Source: the human T2T-CHM13v2.0 reference genome, Homo sapiens
Assembly (NCBI RefSeq): GCF_009914755.1
Contig: NC_060938.1
Length of the DNA: 64,000 bases
Reading direction: 5' to 3' (one strand)
Part shown: in pieces, positions 43,918 through 57,963 of the stretch
Numbering within the stretch: position 1 is the first letter of the stretch
Layout: each line of letters opens with the position of its first letter
Translations under genes and position numbers: made by a program
Notes under the pieces: generated by a model
Told to the model about the DNA's origin: nothing
Database searches by the model: none
What the model saw: only the letters and a program-made list of their open reading frames with translations

Positions 43918-44654
43918 AGTGGGAAACGGAATGATCAAGTGTTCAGTAACATCCTGTGCAGGAATAAGGAAGGGGACATGATTGCCAGGAGAGCCTCTTG
44001 ACGCTTAGGTCTGTGTAACCTTGGTTGCCAGTGGAAATGGCAGCAGGAAGAACACACTGCCTCTTTTCTGCCCTCTGAGTCCCCTAGGTTGGCAGAACCT
44101 ACTTCACATGCAGAACCCTAGCTGCAAGGGAGCCAAGCTCCTCCAAATGAGAAGTAGGACTGGGCTGTATGACCCTGCAGTGCACAGCCTGCGCACCCAT
44201 ATCTAGGGTTCCTGAGGGGAAGGTTCATGGGAGGAAATAGAGAAGGACATTGAGTGCCTATTGGCCTGTCTACCTGTCACAACATATGAGGAAGGAGGCC
44301 GTATCAAGGACAATGTCAGGATTTGTTTTATGCAGACCTGGATGGATGGGAGGCCATGCAATGAGGGCAAGTTGAAGGTGTTTATAGGACGGCTGAGGAA
44401 TGATGTTCAGTTGTCTGCCGGACATGTTAGGTCTTGAGCTCAGAGAAGATTGAAATTTGGGAGCTGGATGTGGAGATTAAAAAGTCAAAGCCAGGGAATG
44501 GTCACATGGGCAGAAGAGGGCCCAGGGTGAAGCCCCTAGACCACCAGCATTCAGTTCAGAGTCCCTTGGGGGGAGGGGACCCCCTAGAGGAGACTGAGTT
44601 GAGTAAGGAGATGGGAGGCCAAAGAAGCTAAGCAAGAATGTTTCCAAAAGTGGG

Positions 44655-45150
44655 ATCACCCGACAATATGGACGAATCTTAAACCATTTTGTTAAGTGAA
44701 AGAAGCCAGACTAAGAAGGCTACATATTACATGATTCCATTGATATGGTGCTCTGGAAAAGGCAAATATGGGGAAAGGAAACGTCAGTGGTATGGCACAC
44801 CAGATAGGGATGTGTTTCCACTGGCAGTCGAGGTTATAGAGACCTAAGTGTCGAGAGGCTGTCCTGGCAATCGTGCCCACTTTCTTATTTCTGCACAAGA
44901 TGTTATTGGATTTGATTATTCCATTTCCCACGTGTCTCGGTGCATTCAGGCTCCTATAACAAACTATGGTAAACTGGGCAGCTTAAACAACCAGGAGTAG
45001 GGGTGCAGGGAGGGGTGATTACAAAAAGGCAGCACAAGGGAATTTTAGGGGTGATGGAACTATTCTGTCTGAGGTATGGTGGTAGATACACGACTGTAGG
45101 TGTTTCTCAAAACCCATTGAACTTCAAACCACGAAGAATGAGTTTTAGTG
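44655..45150 (+). mobile_element. Old L1M 3' fragments
   Basis: atggacgaatct...aagtgaaagaagccagac...gggtgatggaactattct. Confidence 0.7.
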
Positions 45151-48100
45151 TATGTGAGATAGATAAGTATGTGAGATAGATAAGTAGATTGATCTGTTCA
45201 TTTATATACACATACGTTCATTCATATACAAATAGGAAGCAGTCACTTGTATTAAATGTTTCAAGATCAAGGAATGTAAGTGACAGGTTTTCTCTGGATC
45301 CATTTAATAATGGCCTAGACCTCTGTATGGGTGAATTCTGGGTTGCAGGCAGAATTGACCTACAAAATCCAATGTATGTTTCAGAGCGTGGCCTCTTGGC
45401 ATGGCCCTTAGAGCTTACAAGAACAGAGGGCCTGCTCCTGGATGGAGGAGACCTTAGTCCTGAGATGTGCATCTGCTGGGGGTAACATGCTCCAATAAAG
45501 AGAGCCTGGTATTAGTTGGGCTTCCAAGCTGGGTTCTTCTCTTATCTGTGCCAGACTGTGTTTGTGTGACTGTAGGTGACTTTAGTCTCTCAGAGCCTCC
45601 ACTTCCTCTCAATAAGATGAGAATAATGAGGTTCTCAGAATTGACTGGGAGCAGGCTTCAAGGCTTGATGTGGGCATCACCCTCTCCTGGGGCTGGCTGC
45701 ATGTTCCCCAACAACTCTCCCAGGTCAGTGACCCCTAACTTATTCTACTCCACACCATCGCAATAAGCTTCTCACTGTCTCTTGGTCGTTTGTTTACTTG
45801 TCCTACAGACCAGGCACGTCCGTGACGCTCTGTGCCTAATCCAGTGCCTGGCACATAGTAACTGCTCAAGAAACATGCATCGATTCACATTCTTTCTGGA
45901 TCAGGGGATTTCCCACCTCAATAACCTTCCACCTTCTGAGTAACTTTGCCTTTCCCCAAAAGTCAAGCCACCCTCTGAGAGGAAGAGCTGCCATATCTGA
46001 GGGCGCTCAGGGTCCGTCAGGGTCTCATCCAGCCATTCCTAGACAGTCCAGTGGCTACCAAGTGGGTGCTCTGTACATGCTGTTGAATAAATCCATCCAT
46101 TTTGAGAAGCAGGAGCAATGTTGGTGAAAGTTTGGATCCCTGAACGGGCAGCACTAATTCAGAGCGTCACCATGGAGCTTTTTGTGTGTAAAGAAAACAG
46201 CTCAGGTGTGCCTGGAGGCCTCCGAATGGCAGATTGTAGGGTGCTGAGGGCACTGGAGGTGCTTCTGTCCCCAAGGATTTTGGAGTTTCCCATCCAATGT
46301 TCAGGAAGGCAACTGGCAGGAAGGACCTCCTCCAGCTTCCCTGGGCCCTGCTCACAGTCGAGGATGGGTGCACGGGAGGGAGGCAGATGCCTGGGGTGTG
46401 AGGACACCTGGGTGTGTCCAGGACCAAGAGTGATGGAAGCCACTTCTGGGCACCAAGGTCCAAAGGGGAGTGGGGAGCAGCTGGCTTCCCTCCTGTCCCT
46501 CCTTTCCCTTCACTCCATGTCCCCAGGGCAGGGGTGGGGGCTGGGATCATCCCTGGTTCCTTGAGCCCAGCTCCACCTGCAGATACATCTCTCCCTTCCC
46601 TCCTCCCTCCACCTTCAGATTTCTGCAGCTTAAAGGCTTAAGGATGACCTCAAAAGCCGTGTGTATGTTCCCTGCTGATCCCTCCCTCCTCCCTGGTGGG
46701 GATTTGAGCAGACAGAGCAGGCTCAGCCCCCTCAGACACGCAAGCATCCCGCCCTTGAACATGGCCCAGTGGCTCCTGATCCCAGGAAGCCCATGGGAGG
46801 AGAAGGAAGGCTTTCTCAGGAACCTGGGATTACACTGCTCCAGGCTTCAGATTCTCATGTAGCCCAAATCATCTCTTACTTTCTCATTGTCTTGCTCTTT
46901 CTCTCTTTCTCCAAGAAGCCTTTGTCTTCTCTTTAGCTTTCATACACCAAGGCTGTGTGTTCTGTGGAGTTGTGGGGACAGAATGGATGTCAAGGAATGA
47001 GTCTGTAAGTTAATGATGCTGAGTGACTGGCAGCCTGGCTGAGCTCAGTAGTATCACTTCTTACGGCCCAGGTTCTGCTGTGATCTCCATTCGTAGGTGA
47101 GGGAACAGGCCCCGAGGTGTCAGGCAGCTTGCCCAGGTCCCACAGGTCATTAGGAGCAGAGGTACTTCCTGAAATCTAAGTCCATCGGCTGCTAGAGACA
47201 GTGCACGGAACAGCTGTGTGGGACATCTGCAGTTCCAAGTTGTTGCTGTCAGTGACAAGGGTGGGAGGCCACAGGGTCCTGGTCTATACCCACCCCCTTC
47301 ACCATGCCAGTGTCTAGAGGATTTTAATCCTGAACTGTGGAGCAGACTGATCCCGGCTATCAGCAGCCAACTGGGAAGGGTGGGGTGGATATCTGCCTGC
47401 TCGCAGCCTTTGATGTCCATGCCAGGGCATGCCGCACATAATAAGGATGACTGATTCGTCACCGTAGAAGCCATTCGTTCTCCTCCATAGCCCCCCAGCA
47501 TGCACACAGGGGTGCAAAGCAAGGCGTGAGGCTGAACAAGTAGAAGTAGCAGCAAATTGCCACTGAAGAGACAGAGGATCAGAGAAGTTTCATGATGTGA
47601 CCAGGTTCGCACAAGCTCATGCGTAGTCGAGCTAGGACTCCAGTCGACAGTGTGGCGTGATTTCCACTTGGCCAGACCGTCTCAGTGTTAGAGGTGGGGC
47701 TTAACCTTGGACGAGGAACATCAGGTCCCACTGTGAGTGCTGGCGTAGATGCCTGGGTGCTCTGAGCTGCTAACTTCCCTCTCGGAGCCTCACCTGAAAA
47801 CAGGAACGTTGATGGCTCTAGTGCCTGCCTTGTGGGTTCAAGATGTACCAGGAAGGTGTGGATGGGTACGGAGGATGGTGGGGCACAGGCAGCCGGGAAC
47901 TCTGCCAGTGACCACTGTCTTTGCTGGCAAAATTAAGGCCATAGATGCCATTCATTCTCCTCCACAGCCCTCCAGGATACACATGGGTGTGCAGAGCAAG
48001 GTGTGAGGCTGAGTAGAAGTCTGTTCCTACCAAGGGCAAAGCCATTTAGAACCAACGCCCCCTCCCTGCTGGAGGTCAGGTGATATGTCCCCAGCAGCAG

Positions 48101-49149
48101 AAAGATGACATGACATTGTTCTAATTTTCAAAACTTCTCATTTTTCAAAAATTTTTAAAGATGTTATTCTAATTCCCAGGATTGGATAAATCAGTCAGCT
48201 CTCAAAACCCTGGTTTGGAGAATCAGGAAATGTCTCGAATTTTCATGACAGAAATGTCTATTGATCTGCACTGAAATATCCCAGCAGCTGCATTTCTCCT
48301 GGAAGTAAGATCTTGGCCTCAACAATGCCGAGTCTCTCCCTATGTAATTCTCCATCTCTGAGCTGACAAACCTTGAAGCCAATCCATGCCCTTGAACCGA
48401 CAGCAGCAACTCTATTAAAGAAGTTTGATTACAAAAAAAGAGAGAGATGTGAGGGAAGCGAAAGAATCTATTTTTCGTTAAATGCTGCTTGTTTCAAAGT
48501 GGGAACATTTTCTGGGTGTCTGGGGAGCTGATGTTTTCTGTGGCTTGCCGAGAGAATCAGATCTGAAAAATCAGAAAAATTTCCATATAAGGGAGAAAGC
48601 ATCATTTTCAGAGCTTAGGGCCCAATTATATTTGCAGAGAAGGGATTTCTGTCCTGGAAGTTTATTTAACAAGCATTTATCAAGCACCCACAATGAACTA
48701 GGTGTCATTCCCTGTGTTTAAGGGGTTTACAAGGGTAATAAAAGTATTCTAATAAGATGAGACGATACATATTGTTATTTTTGTTAATATTTTAACCTTT
48801 GTTTATTCAGTCAATTACTAAGGTTGATTGAGAACCTACTGTGTACCAGGCCTGGCCTAGGTACTGAGGGTGCAGTGGTGACCAGGGAAGTGTGGATCCT
48901 TGCCTTCCAGAAGCTTCCAGTTTAGCTGGTGTGGTGAGGGTGGGTGGAGATCTGAGAGTGCCCTAAACAGGATCTGTGACAATGGAATTCATTCGTGTAT
49001 ACCTCCGTTCATGAGCGTGCTTATCTGCTGATGATTTTGAATGTGGCAGTGGCAGGTGAGAAGGGATTATTCCTCTATTACTGAGCAGATGAGTTGCTCA
49101 GAGCTGCCTGGGGTTGCAGGAATGATACTCAAACCCCAAGCATTTGATT

Positions 49150-49440
49150 TAGATTATTTCCACATCTTGGCTGTTATGAGCAATATGGCTATGAACATTG
49201 ATGTGTAAGTTTTAGTGTGGACATTTGCTTGCATTTCTCTTGGGTCTATACTTGCGAGTGGAATTGCTGGGTCATATGGTCTATGCTTAATCTTTTGAGG
49301 AACTGCCAGACTGCCTCCCAGGGCTGTACCATTTTACATTTCCACCAGCAGTGTTTGAAATTCCAGTACCTCCGTATCCTTGTCAACACTTACTACTATC
49401 TGTTCTGGGTTCTAGCCATCCTATTATGTGGGAAGTGTTT
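49150..49440 (-). mobile_element. Old L1M fragment
   Basis: gctatgaacatt...gagtggaattgctgggtcatatgg...ccattttacatttccaccagcagtg. Confidence 0.8.
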
Positions 49441-49701
49441 CATACTGTTTTTTAAAATGCAAGACATATCTAAAACATCATCACTCTAAGGGGCTGGAAT
49501 ATCTTTGCATAATCCAGTATCCAGCAACTATTTCCTGAGAGCACTGGTCTGCCCCTGGACTGAGAAATGGCTGGCCTTCTCTCTGATCAGTCCAAAGCGA
49601 GGTGGGCTCTGCAGTTCCTTAGTGAACTCTCAGAAGTCAAGTGAGGTTTGTCGGGAGGCCCATAGATAACTAACACTCTGCCATCTCTTCCTGTCTTCCA
49701 G

Positions 49702-49778
49702 CGATTCACGAGTTCCCCACAGATCTGTTCTCCAATAAGGAGCGACAGCACGGAGCCGTCCTGCTGCACATCCTTGGT
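49702..49778 (+). CDS. SLC24A4: SLC24A4 coding exon (probably exon 3), 77 nt: (A)IHEFPTDLFSNKERQHGAVLLHILG
   Basis: Acceptor ctcttcctgtcttccag|CG (phase 1); donor GGT|gtaagt; translation matches the NCKX4 extracellular loop and start of TM1. Confidence 0.96.
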
Positions 49779-50189
49779 GTAAGTCGTCCTCCCAGAGTGG
49801 TCACAAAACTTCTGGCACATGAAGCCTCTCTGCACAGCGGGGCAGAGCCGTGGCGTGTCTGAGATCTTTTATTCTTGTAACAGCCCAGTGAGGAGAGCGG
49901 AGACTGGGCATGTTTTACCCACACAGAAAGGATGTCTTAAACGTGTTAGGTGACTTACCCAGTGTCACACAGCTAGTGGCCCCAGGACCAACACAGGAAT
50001 GCAAGTCTTTCCTGTACCCCATTTTCTGCTTTTGTAAAACAGGGATGATGGTACCTATTACAGAGTGTGAATATGAGTGAATATGGGTCAAGGGCATCAG
50101 TGTTGCGTGGCACATGATAACTCCTACAAATGCCTGCTGTCCTGATTCCCATGACTACCCCTAAATTTTAATACCTTTACATCACTACG

Positions 50190-50933
<744 letters not shown>

Positions 50934-51074
50934 TAGTTTAAAACTTTGTTGTACTTCTCAAACTTCCCTCCCTATTCAGATGGACCTTGATGACAAATGG
51001 TGGAAGGGGGGTCAGGTAGTAATTTGAAAAGAAATAAGGGTTCAAACCTAAGTTACAAGTCACTCTCTGTGCTG

Positions 51075-51285
51075 GAATAGGCAAACTACAACCCTAGCCA
51101 AGTCTGGCTCAATGCCTATTTTTGTAAATAAAGTTTTATTGGAACACAGACACTCCTATTCATTTCTGTAATATCTATTTTTTCACTTCAGAGGCAGAGC
51201 TGAGTCCATGCATCAGAGACTGCCTGGCCCAGAAAGCCAAACATATTTATTATCTGCCCCTTTACAGAAAAGGTTTGCTGACTCT
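51075..51285 (+). mobile_element. MER58A
   Basis: ggcaaactac...aaataaagttttattggaacacag...ccctttacagaaaaggtttgctgac. Confidence 0.85.
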
Positions 51286-51793
51286 ATTGTGTGGTGTGGA
51301 GAAATGTAGCTGGTCAAGGTTTGCTTCTCTGCTTTGGATCAACCACAGCAAATTTTCCTCCTGATCAGCTTCCCTGACCATCCAGCACCATCTGCTTGTA
51401 TATTTAAGCCCAACCCAGTATTAACTCTTTGCAAGAGATCATTAAGAAAGTGAAATCTGGTATTCCCACATAGGTAGTAACAACCAGAAAATAAAGAATG
51501 GGTGAAGTTTTAATTAACAGGGTAAGCCATTAATGAAAATGAAGACTAGAATGAGGGTTGTTGGCACATTTTGAACGACAGACCTGTTTATTATTTCTAT
51601 AACAGAGTTATTATCTTTCTAGTTTCTCTGGCTTTACACTCCTCCCCTTTCACTAAGGGACTGTGGATGTGGCTAATTGGTCCCACAGTTCTGTGGTCCT
51701 GCCTCGTGAAAGTCTTGGCATAGCTGAAATCAAACCTCAGGTTTCTGCTGAACCTGAGTGCACCGTGGGAATTTCACAGGAACCCTTTAGAGG

Positions 51794-52385
51794 AGGGGTT
51801 ACCAAGCTATGGCTGGAGAGCCAAATCCAGCTCACCAACTGTTTGTTTGTTTGTTTTTTTAAATAAAGAAAAGAGGTTTAACTGACTCACAGTTCCTCAT
51901 GGATGGGGATGGGGAGGCCTCAGGAAATTTACAATTATGGTAGAAGGGGAGGAGGCACATTTTACACGGTGGCAGGGAAGAGAGATCATGCAAGAGCAGG
52001 GAAAACTGCCTTATAAAACCATCAGATCTCGTGAGAATTCACTCACTATCACGAGAACAGCATGGGAAAATCACCCCTATACCGCCAATGGTTTTTATAA
52101 ATAAAGTTTTATTGGAGCACTGCCACACCCATTCTATGGCTCGTTTTTGTTTCACAACAGCAGAATAGTTGTGGAAGTGACTATTTGGCCAGCAAAGCCT
52201 AAAATATTATCACCCCCATACCACCAACTGTTTTTATAAATAAAGTTTTATTGGAACACTGCAACACCCATTCTATGGCTCGTTTTTGTTTCACAACAGC
52301 AGAATAGTTGTGGAAGTGACTATTTGGCCAGCAAAGCCTAAAATATTACTATCTAACCCTTTACAGAAAAAATTTGCTGACCTCT
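51794..52385 (+). mobile_element. Rearranged MER58A containing a THE1D-like fragment (about 51862-52078) and a 139-bp tandem duplication (52070-52347)
   Basis: MER58 ends present; internal THE1 sequence; atcacccc.atacc at 52070 and 52209. Confidence 0.85.
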
Positions 52386-53719
52386 CGTTTTTTCTTTTTT
52401 TGATTTGAATGGGTAGATGAATGCTGACCTCTTCTTTAGAGCACAAAAAGAACCTAGCTTAGGGGCCAGTTTTGCCTGCAGTGCTCCGTGACCCAGGAGA
52501 TGGAAATCGGGGCGCCATCTTGGCTCATCTTCTCTCCTCATTGTTTCTCAGGGCTCAGAAGAGAGAGAGGCCTTTTGGCCTCTTGGGAGGTGATGTTGGT
52601 GGGGATTGCTGTGAGTGTGAATTCAAGTCAGAATCCTAAGCTTCGTAGCAGGGTCTCCCCCACCTGCCTTCTCCCCTTTACCCACACCCCTGCTATTTGT
52701 TTCTTTTTACTTCTCTTCCCCAAAATGTTGACGATGAGTCAAATCCAGTAGATACCTGCCTCAGATGCCCTGGATGCAGCTAATGTATCTTCTACTTTAT
52801 TAATCCCAATGAATGAATGGTGAAATTGATGAGTATCACTGTTTTAGCTGAAGTAGCCCAGCCTTTCTCTGTTGCAAACAGGACATCCATAGCACTTTTT
52901 CTTTGAAGAAAGAAATGGCTTCCCCCAGTGCTTAGAGCAAAACCCATCTCTTTTTCCGTGGGTCCTGATCCTTGCCTCTCCCTCCAACCTCATATTCTCT
53001 GTTTTCCACTCTCTCTATTCTACCTGTTGTTCCTCAAAGGCATCAAACACACTCCTACCTCAGGGCCTTTGCACTGCTGTTTCCTGGTAGATATTTTACT
53101 GGCCAATTTGCTTCTTTGTTCCCCATTAAGGTAAGTTATAGGCGAGGGTTTTCCTGGCTTCCTCACCACTGTATCTCTGATCCCCTCGGTAGTTCCTGGC
53201 ACACAGGATGAGCTCAGTGAAGCCGTGCTGGCTGCTGAACAGAGGGATGGGCCAGAGAGAGGCTCCAGATAGAAAACCATTTTAAAACTGCTGATCTGTT
53301 CTTACTTCGTCATGAGACAGATGCTGAAACCAAAACCTAGAAAAGTTTCTTATCCAAAGTCACATGGCAAGTCAGTTCCAGAACCAGCCTTAGAATCTGG
53401 GTTCTTTACTCCATGAACCTCTGAATGTCAATGACCTGTGCGTTTTAATGGTGCCAGCATTATTAAGTAGCATCCCAAGAAATGCTGGATCTCAAGTTGC
53501 CATTTGTTTTGGCAGTGGATGGGCAGTTCGTCACTTTAGTGCCTTCCCTAAAATTAAAGGGAGCAAATCAGGATTGTTATTATTATTTTAAATTCTTAAA
53601 ATGACGGTTCTGAGTGCTTTCCTTCTTGGCTGTTAGGGTTAGATCTTGCCTGTTGAGGGCAGACGCTGGTGCTAGGACAGAGAGCTGCTGCTTTAAGAAG
53701 AGATGCTTGAGAGAGTAGA

Positions 53720-54870
53720 AAAAAAAGTGTTTTTCCTGCTCTCAAATTTGCTCACCACATTCTGCTTCAACAAACACACAACAAAATGCGTGTGGGTTTT
53801 TTCCCCACATGCCAAGAATTCAGCAGACACCAGCTGGGTGTCCTCTAACTCAATTCAGTTCTGACACCGTACCTAGAGACAGCGGCAGCTCCCACCCACC
53901 AAGGGCTCAGTCCCACAAGACTGCTTCTTTAGACGGCAGTTGCAAACCTCAAGTTGTTTTACCTGTGCTTCTGAACAACCTGCTATAAATCAGGATTCCG
54001 ATGACCCGCTCTTTGCGCTCAATTAATTTGCTAGAGCGGCTCGCAGAATTCAGGGAAACAGTTTGACTTCCATTTACCAATTTATTATAAAGGATATTAC
54101 CAAGGATACAGGGCCAGGTGCTTTGGCTCACTCCTGTAATCCCAGCACTTTGGGAGGCTGAGGTCAGAGGAGCACTTGAGTCCAGGAGTTCAAAACCAGC
54201 CTGGAAAACATAGTGAGACTCCCCCCGCCATCTCTACAAAAATAATAATAATAAACAGAATTAGCTGGGTGTGGTGGTGTGCACCTGTAGTCCCAGCTAC
54301 TTGGGAGGCTGAGGTGGGAGGATGATGAGCCCACGAGGTAGAGGCCACAGTGAGCCAAGATGGCACCACTGCACTCCAGCCTGGGTGGCAGAGTGAGACC
54401 CTGTCTCAAACAAAAAAGGATACAGATGAAGGGATGTGTAGGGCGAGGTATCGGGGGAAGGGGTGCAGCGCTTCCACGCCTTCCCTAAGCATACGACCCT
54501 CCAGGAGCCTCCATGTGTTCAGCTATCAGGGAAACTCCTTAAGCTCTATCCTTTAGGGTTTCTATGGAGGCTTCATTACATAGGCGTGACTGATTACATC
54601 ATTGGCCACTGGTGATCAATTCAACCTCCAGCCCCTCTCTCCTCCCTGGAGGTTGGGGGCTGGGGCTTAAAGTCCCAACCCGCTCATCCTGCCTTGGTCT
54701 TTCTGGTGACCTGCCCCCATCCTGAAGCTACCGAGGTGCCCCCAGCCACGAGTCACCTCATTAACCTGTAGAAGATATTCCTATTATGCCCGAGGTTCCG
54801 GGGGGTTTCGAGAATTGTGTGCCAGAAACCAAGGGCAGAGACCAAATATATGTTTCTTATTAGATCACAA
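53720..54870. mobile_element. MER21-like ERVL LTR split by an AluJ (54112-54417, +)
   Basis: gacaccagctgggtgtcct...caattcagttctgacac...agggctcagtcccacaagactgc; Alu TSD aaggatacag. Confidence 0.8.
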
Positions 54871-55124
54871 GAGGAATGAGCCGCAGTGGCCTGAGTTTTC
54901 ATCCCCTCTACTGCTCAGCATGTTATCTCCTCTCTGGGCCTCAGTTTCCCCATTTGCCAATAAGGGGATTGAGGGAACGAAATCTATGGTGCTGGAGTTT
55001 TCCTGTGTGCCCCGCTCTGTCCGCCTGGCCTCTGCCCTGGCAGCCTGGTTTGGGGTGTGGTGGGCCCTTTGCAGCTGCAGCAGGGACCCTCACCGACCCT
55101 GCCTGTCTCCTCTCTCCTTTGCAG

Positions 55125-55199
55125 GCTCTGTATATGTTCTATGCCTTGGCCATAGTGTGCGATGACTTCTTTGTTCCGTCTCTAGAGAAGATCTGTGAG
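55125..55199 (+). CDS. SLC24A4: SLC24A4 coding exon (probably exon 4), 75 nt: ALYMFYALAIVCDDFFVPSLEKICE
   Basis: Acceptor tctctcctttgcag|GCT; donor GAG|gtatgt; conserved NCKX motif CDDFFVPSL. Confidence 0.97.
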
Positions 55200-56644
55200 G
55201 TATGTGGAAGGGACTTGGGACACCTTGGTGAAGCCTTGAAGACATGTGGGACATAAATGCCAGGCCAAGAAGGCCAGGGCTGGCGTGGGGAGCATGCTGG
55301 TGGCAAAGACTGTCACACCGAGCACTTAGTGTCTGCCCCATGGCGAAGCCTCGCCAGAAACCCTCAAATTGGTCTTGGTGGATGGCAGCCTCTCCCAGAA
55401 CTTGGCAGAAAAAAACACTCCCAGTGTGAGATCACTACCCAGAACCACTGGGTCCACAGCAGGCTGTTGGCACTTGTGTCCAACCTGGCTAAGTACAAAG
55501 CCCAGGCAGGCCTGCCAGCTGCAGTGGAGCATTGCCTGTCACCAGCTGCAAGTGGCAGGTGACAGGTGGGCCCACCCCCACCCCGCCAGGGGGACGCCAA
55601 GCTGCAGCAGCAGGGAATTCCCCTCTGTCCTGACCTTTGCAGGCTGGTGTTTTCTCCCCACAACTATTTTGTTAGTTTTTGACTTTCTTTCCTTATTTCT
55701 CCTCATACACAAGATCCCAGTGTATCTCATTGCTCCACCTTATTCTTGGCTTCTAGTCAAGGAAGGAAATTGACTTCCGTTTGCAGCACCTCCTGTGTGT
55801 GGAGTGCCCAGGGCTTTACCACCCTTCATCCCTGTGAAATCTCCCGCGTGTTTGAGGCCATGTCTTCATGGTGACATTTGCAGCTGGGAGGGTGGGTTGT
55901 TCAGGGCAGGTGCTTCCCCGTGACTTTCCCCCTGCTGGGCCCAGCTTGGGGAGCTCAGTGTCCTTGCAGAATTGGGACTGGCTGCTTTGGACCTGGGCCC
56001 CCCAAGCGGTGACCTGGCAAACGTGTGCAAAGGCCTCCCCTTACCCCACATCCCCTCAGATGGAGCCATGTGCTCGCCTCCATCCAGACGCTTGTCAGTG
56101 AGGGAATGAAGCCAGGGGAGGAGGGTGAGGAACAGAGTCCAGAAATGCCCACTGGGATGATCGTGTGGGAGGGTCCACCCAGGGCCCCTGTGGAGTGTGC
56201 GCTGCAGCGATGGCGGTTATTAAGTGTTGTTGCTTCTGCCTTCCAGAGGGGGCCCTTGGGAAGGATACAGTCAGCTGATCCTTACTGAATACACACCTAG
56301 GACCCACCCGCTAGGCTGAGAGCTTGGGGAGGCCATAGCAATGGGGTTGATGGGAGCCTATGGAAGGTGAAAGGTGGGTGACTACAGTGTAGGGCCACAT
56401 ACAGTGGAGGTGCATGCACCCCGTAGGGTTACCTGTATCCCTAAGGATAGAGGTGAGCAAGGGTGGTGGTCTTAGCTCTGTAGGTAAGACCAATGTCAAG
56501 GGCTTAGTGAGAGACATTAAAGGACAGGGGAGCCAAAGGGAGAGGGGGAGCATCTCTCTTGGGGGAGAAATCTGGGAAGGCTTCATGGAGGAGGTGGCAT
56601 TGGGTCCAGGTTTCAGAAGTGGGAAGGAGTTTAGCAAGCAGAGA

Positions 56645-56672
56645 GGGAAGGGAAGGGAAGGGAAGGGAAGGG
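56645..56672. repeat. (GGGAA)5 simple repeat
   Basis: Direct reading. Confidence 0.9.
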
Positions 56673-57878
56673 CATCCCAGGCGGAAGGAATGGCCCAGGC
56701 AAAGGCAGGGAGGAGGGAGGACAGGAGGCAGCATGGTTTGGGTTCTGCTGAGAGTTTTGGAGATCCTTTGGTGGCAGAGCCTCTTCTGTGGAACCGTGCT
56801 TTTTGGCAGGGTTAAGGTGGCCGGCTTCTGCCCTGGAGATCGATGCTGTGCCCCCACCCCAGACTCCGTCAAGCCCAGAGCTCTAACCCTTCTGAGGACC
56901 CCTCTAAGGCTTAGCTGACCAGTGGGTTCCTTGGTGGCCCCAGAACCCAGGGCTGCTCAGGGATACTTTGGGAGTTGGGGCTGGTGGAGGTGAGCCCTGT
57001 CCTGAGAGGCCTTCTGAGAACCGCAGAGTGGGCGCCTCCAGATTGGTTTTCAGGCAGACCCTCAGTCTCCACGGTTTCTCCAAACATCCAAAGCCTCCAG
57101 CGCTGCATTTCGGATCAGAGGATGGGCTCTGTGGCCAGACATGACCCGGACAGGCAGAACAGGCCCCAACCATGAGTTCCCGTCCTGTCCCGTGCCAGCT
57201 TAACCCTGGAACCAGTACCTCTGGGTCTTTGTGAGCCACTGGATGTCAGGCCTGCCGTGGAGAAGGCCTTCCAGAATGCAAGGCCCAGCTGCAGGCCAGA
57301 GGCCTCCAGATCCACAATGCTGACATTCTCATTGAGGCCCCCAGTACCCAAAACCGGCATGGGAGGGGATGGTCACTAGACTAGTGTGTGCCTGTGGAGC
57401 ACCACTCTGTGCCAGACCCTGTTCTAGGCACCAGGGATACAAAGTTGGGAAAGACCAGTTGCTGCCCTCATCATCCGGTGAGGGAAGGCAAGCGTGTGGA
57501 CCACAAACCCTCATGTGAAATTCACGTTTCAGTAACAGCAGATAAAACACATCGTGTATCTGAGGGAAGTGGCTAGCTCTGAGTGGATGCCTAGGAAGAC
57601 TTCATCAGGGAGACATTATTTGGTCACGGGCTTGGAGGACAAACAGAAAGGAGATAGTTGGGGGTGGGGAAGGGGCTCTGAGTGGAATGCCTGGTGGAGG
57701 CTGGAGGGCAGATGGCAGAGGGCACACAGCATGTGCCCAGGGGTGAGAGGCTGCAGGCAGACGAGTTTGCCTCTGGCTGCAGCACTGCTCTCCTGCATGC
57801 TCCTTGGCTGTAGAGCGTCCAGTGATGTCCAGTACCCCCACGTCACACCCTGAGGGTCTGTGGTCACTTCCGTTTCAG

Positions 57879-57963
57879 AGACTCCATCTGAGCGAAGATG
57901 TGGCTGGAGCCACCTTCATGGCTGCAGGAAGCTCAACGCCAGAGCTGTTTGCGTCTGTTATTG
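57879..57963 (+). CDS. SLC24A4: SLC24A4 coding exon (probably exon 5), 85 nt: RLHLSEDVAGATFMAAGSSTPELFASVI(G)
   Basis: Acceptor cttccgtttcag|AGA; donor TTG|gtaaga; contains the alpha-1 repeat GATFMAAGSSTPE of the Ca2+/cation antiporter family. Confidence 0.97.

Noticed and set aside
47061-47612. 183-aa minus-strand ORF
   Set aside because: Overlaps MIR relics; no coding features.
55634-55645. 12-mer cctttgcaggct identical to the acceptor of the upstream exon
   Set aside because: No convincing downstream donor or exon homology; compatible with chance.
57876-57880. CAGAG tandem acceptor (+2 shift)
   Set aside because: The distal AG would be a weak GAG and frameshift; no sign of use.
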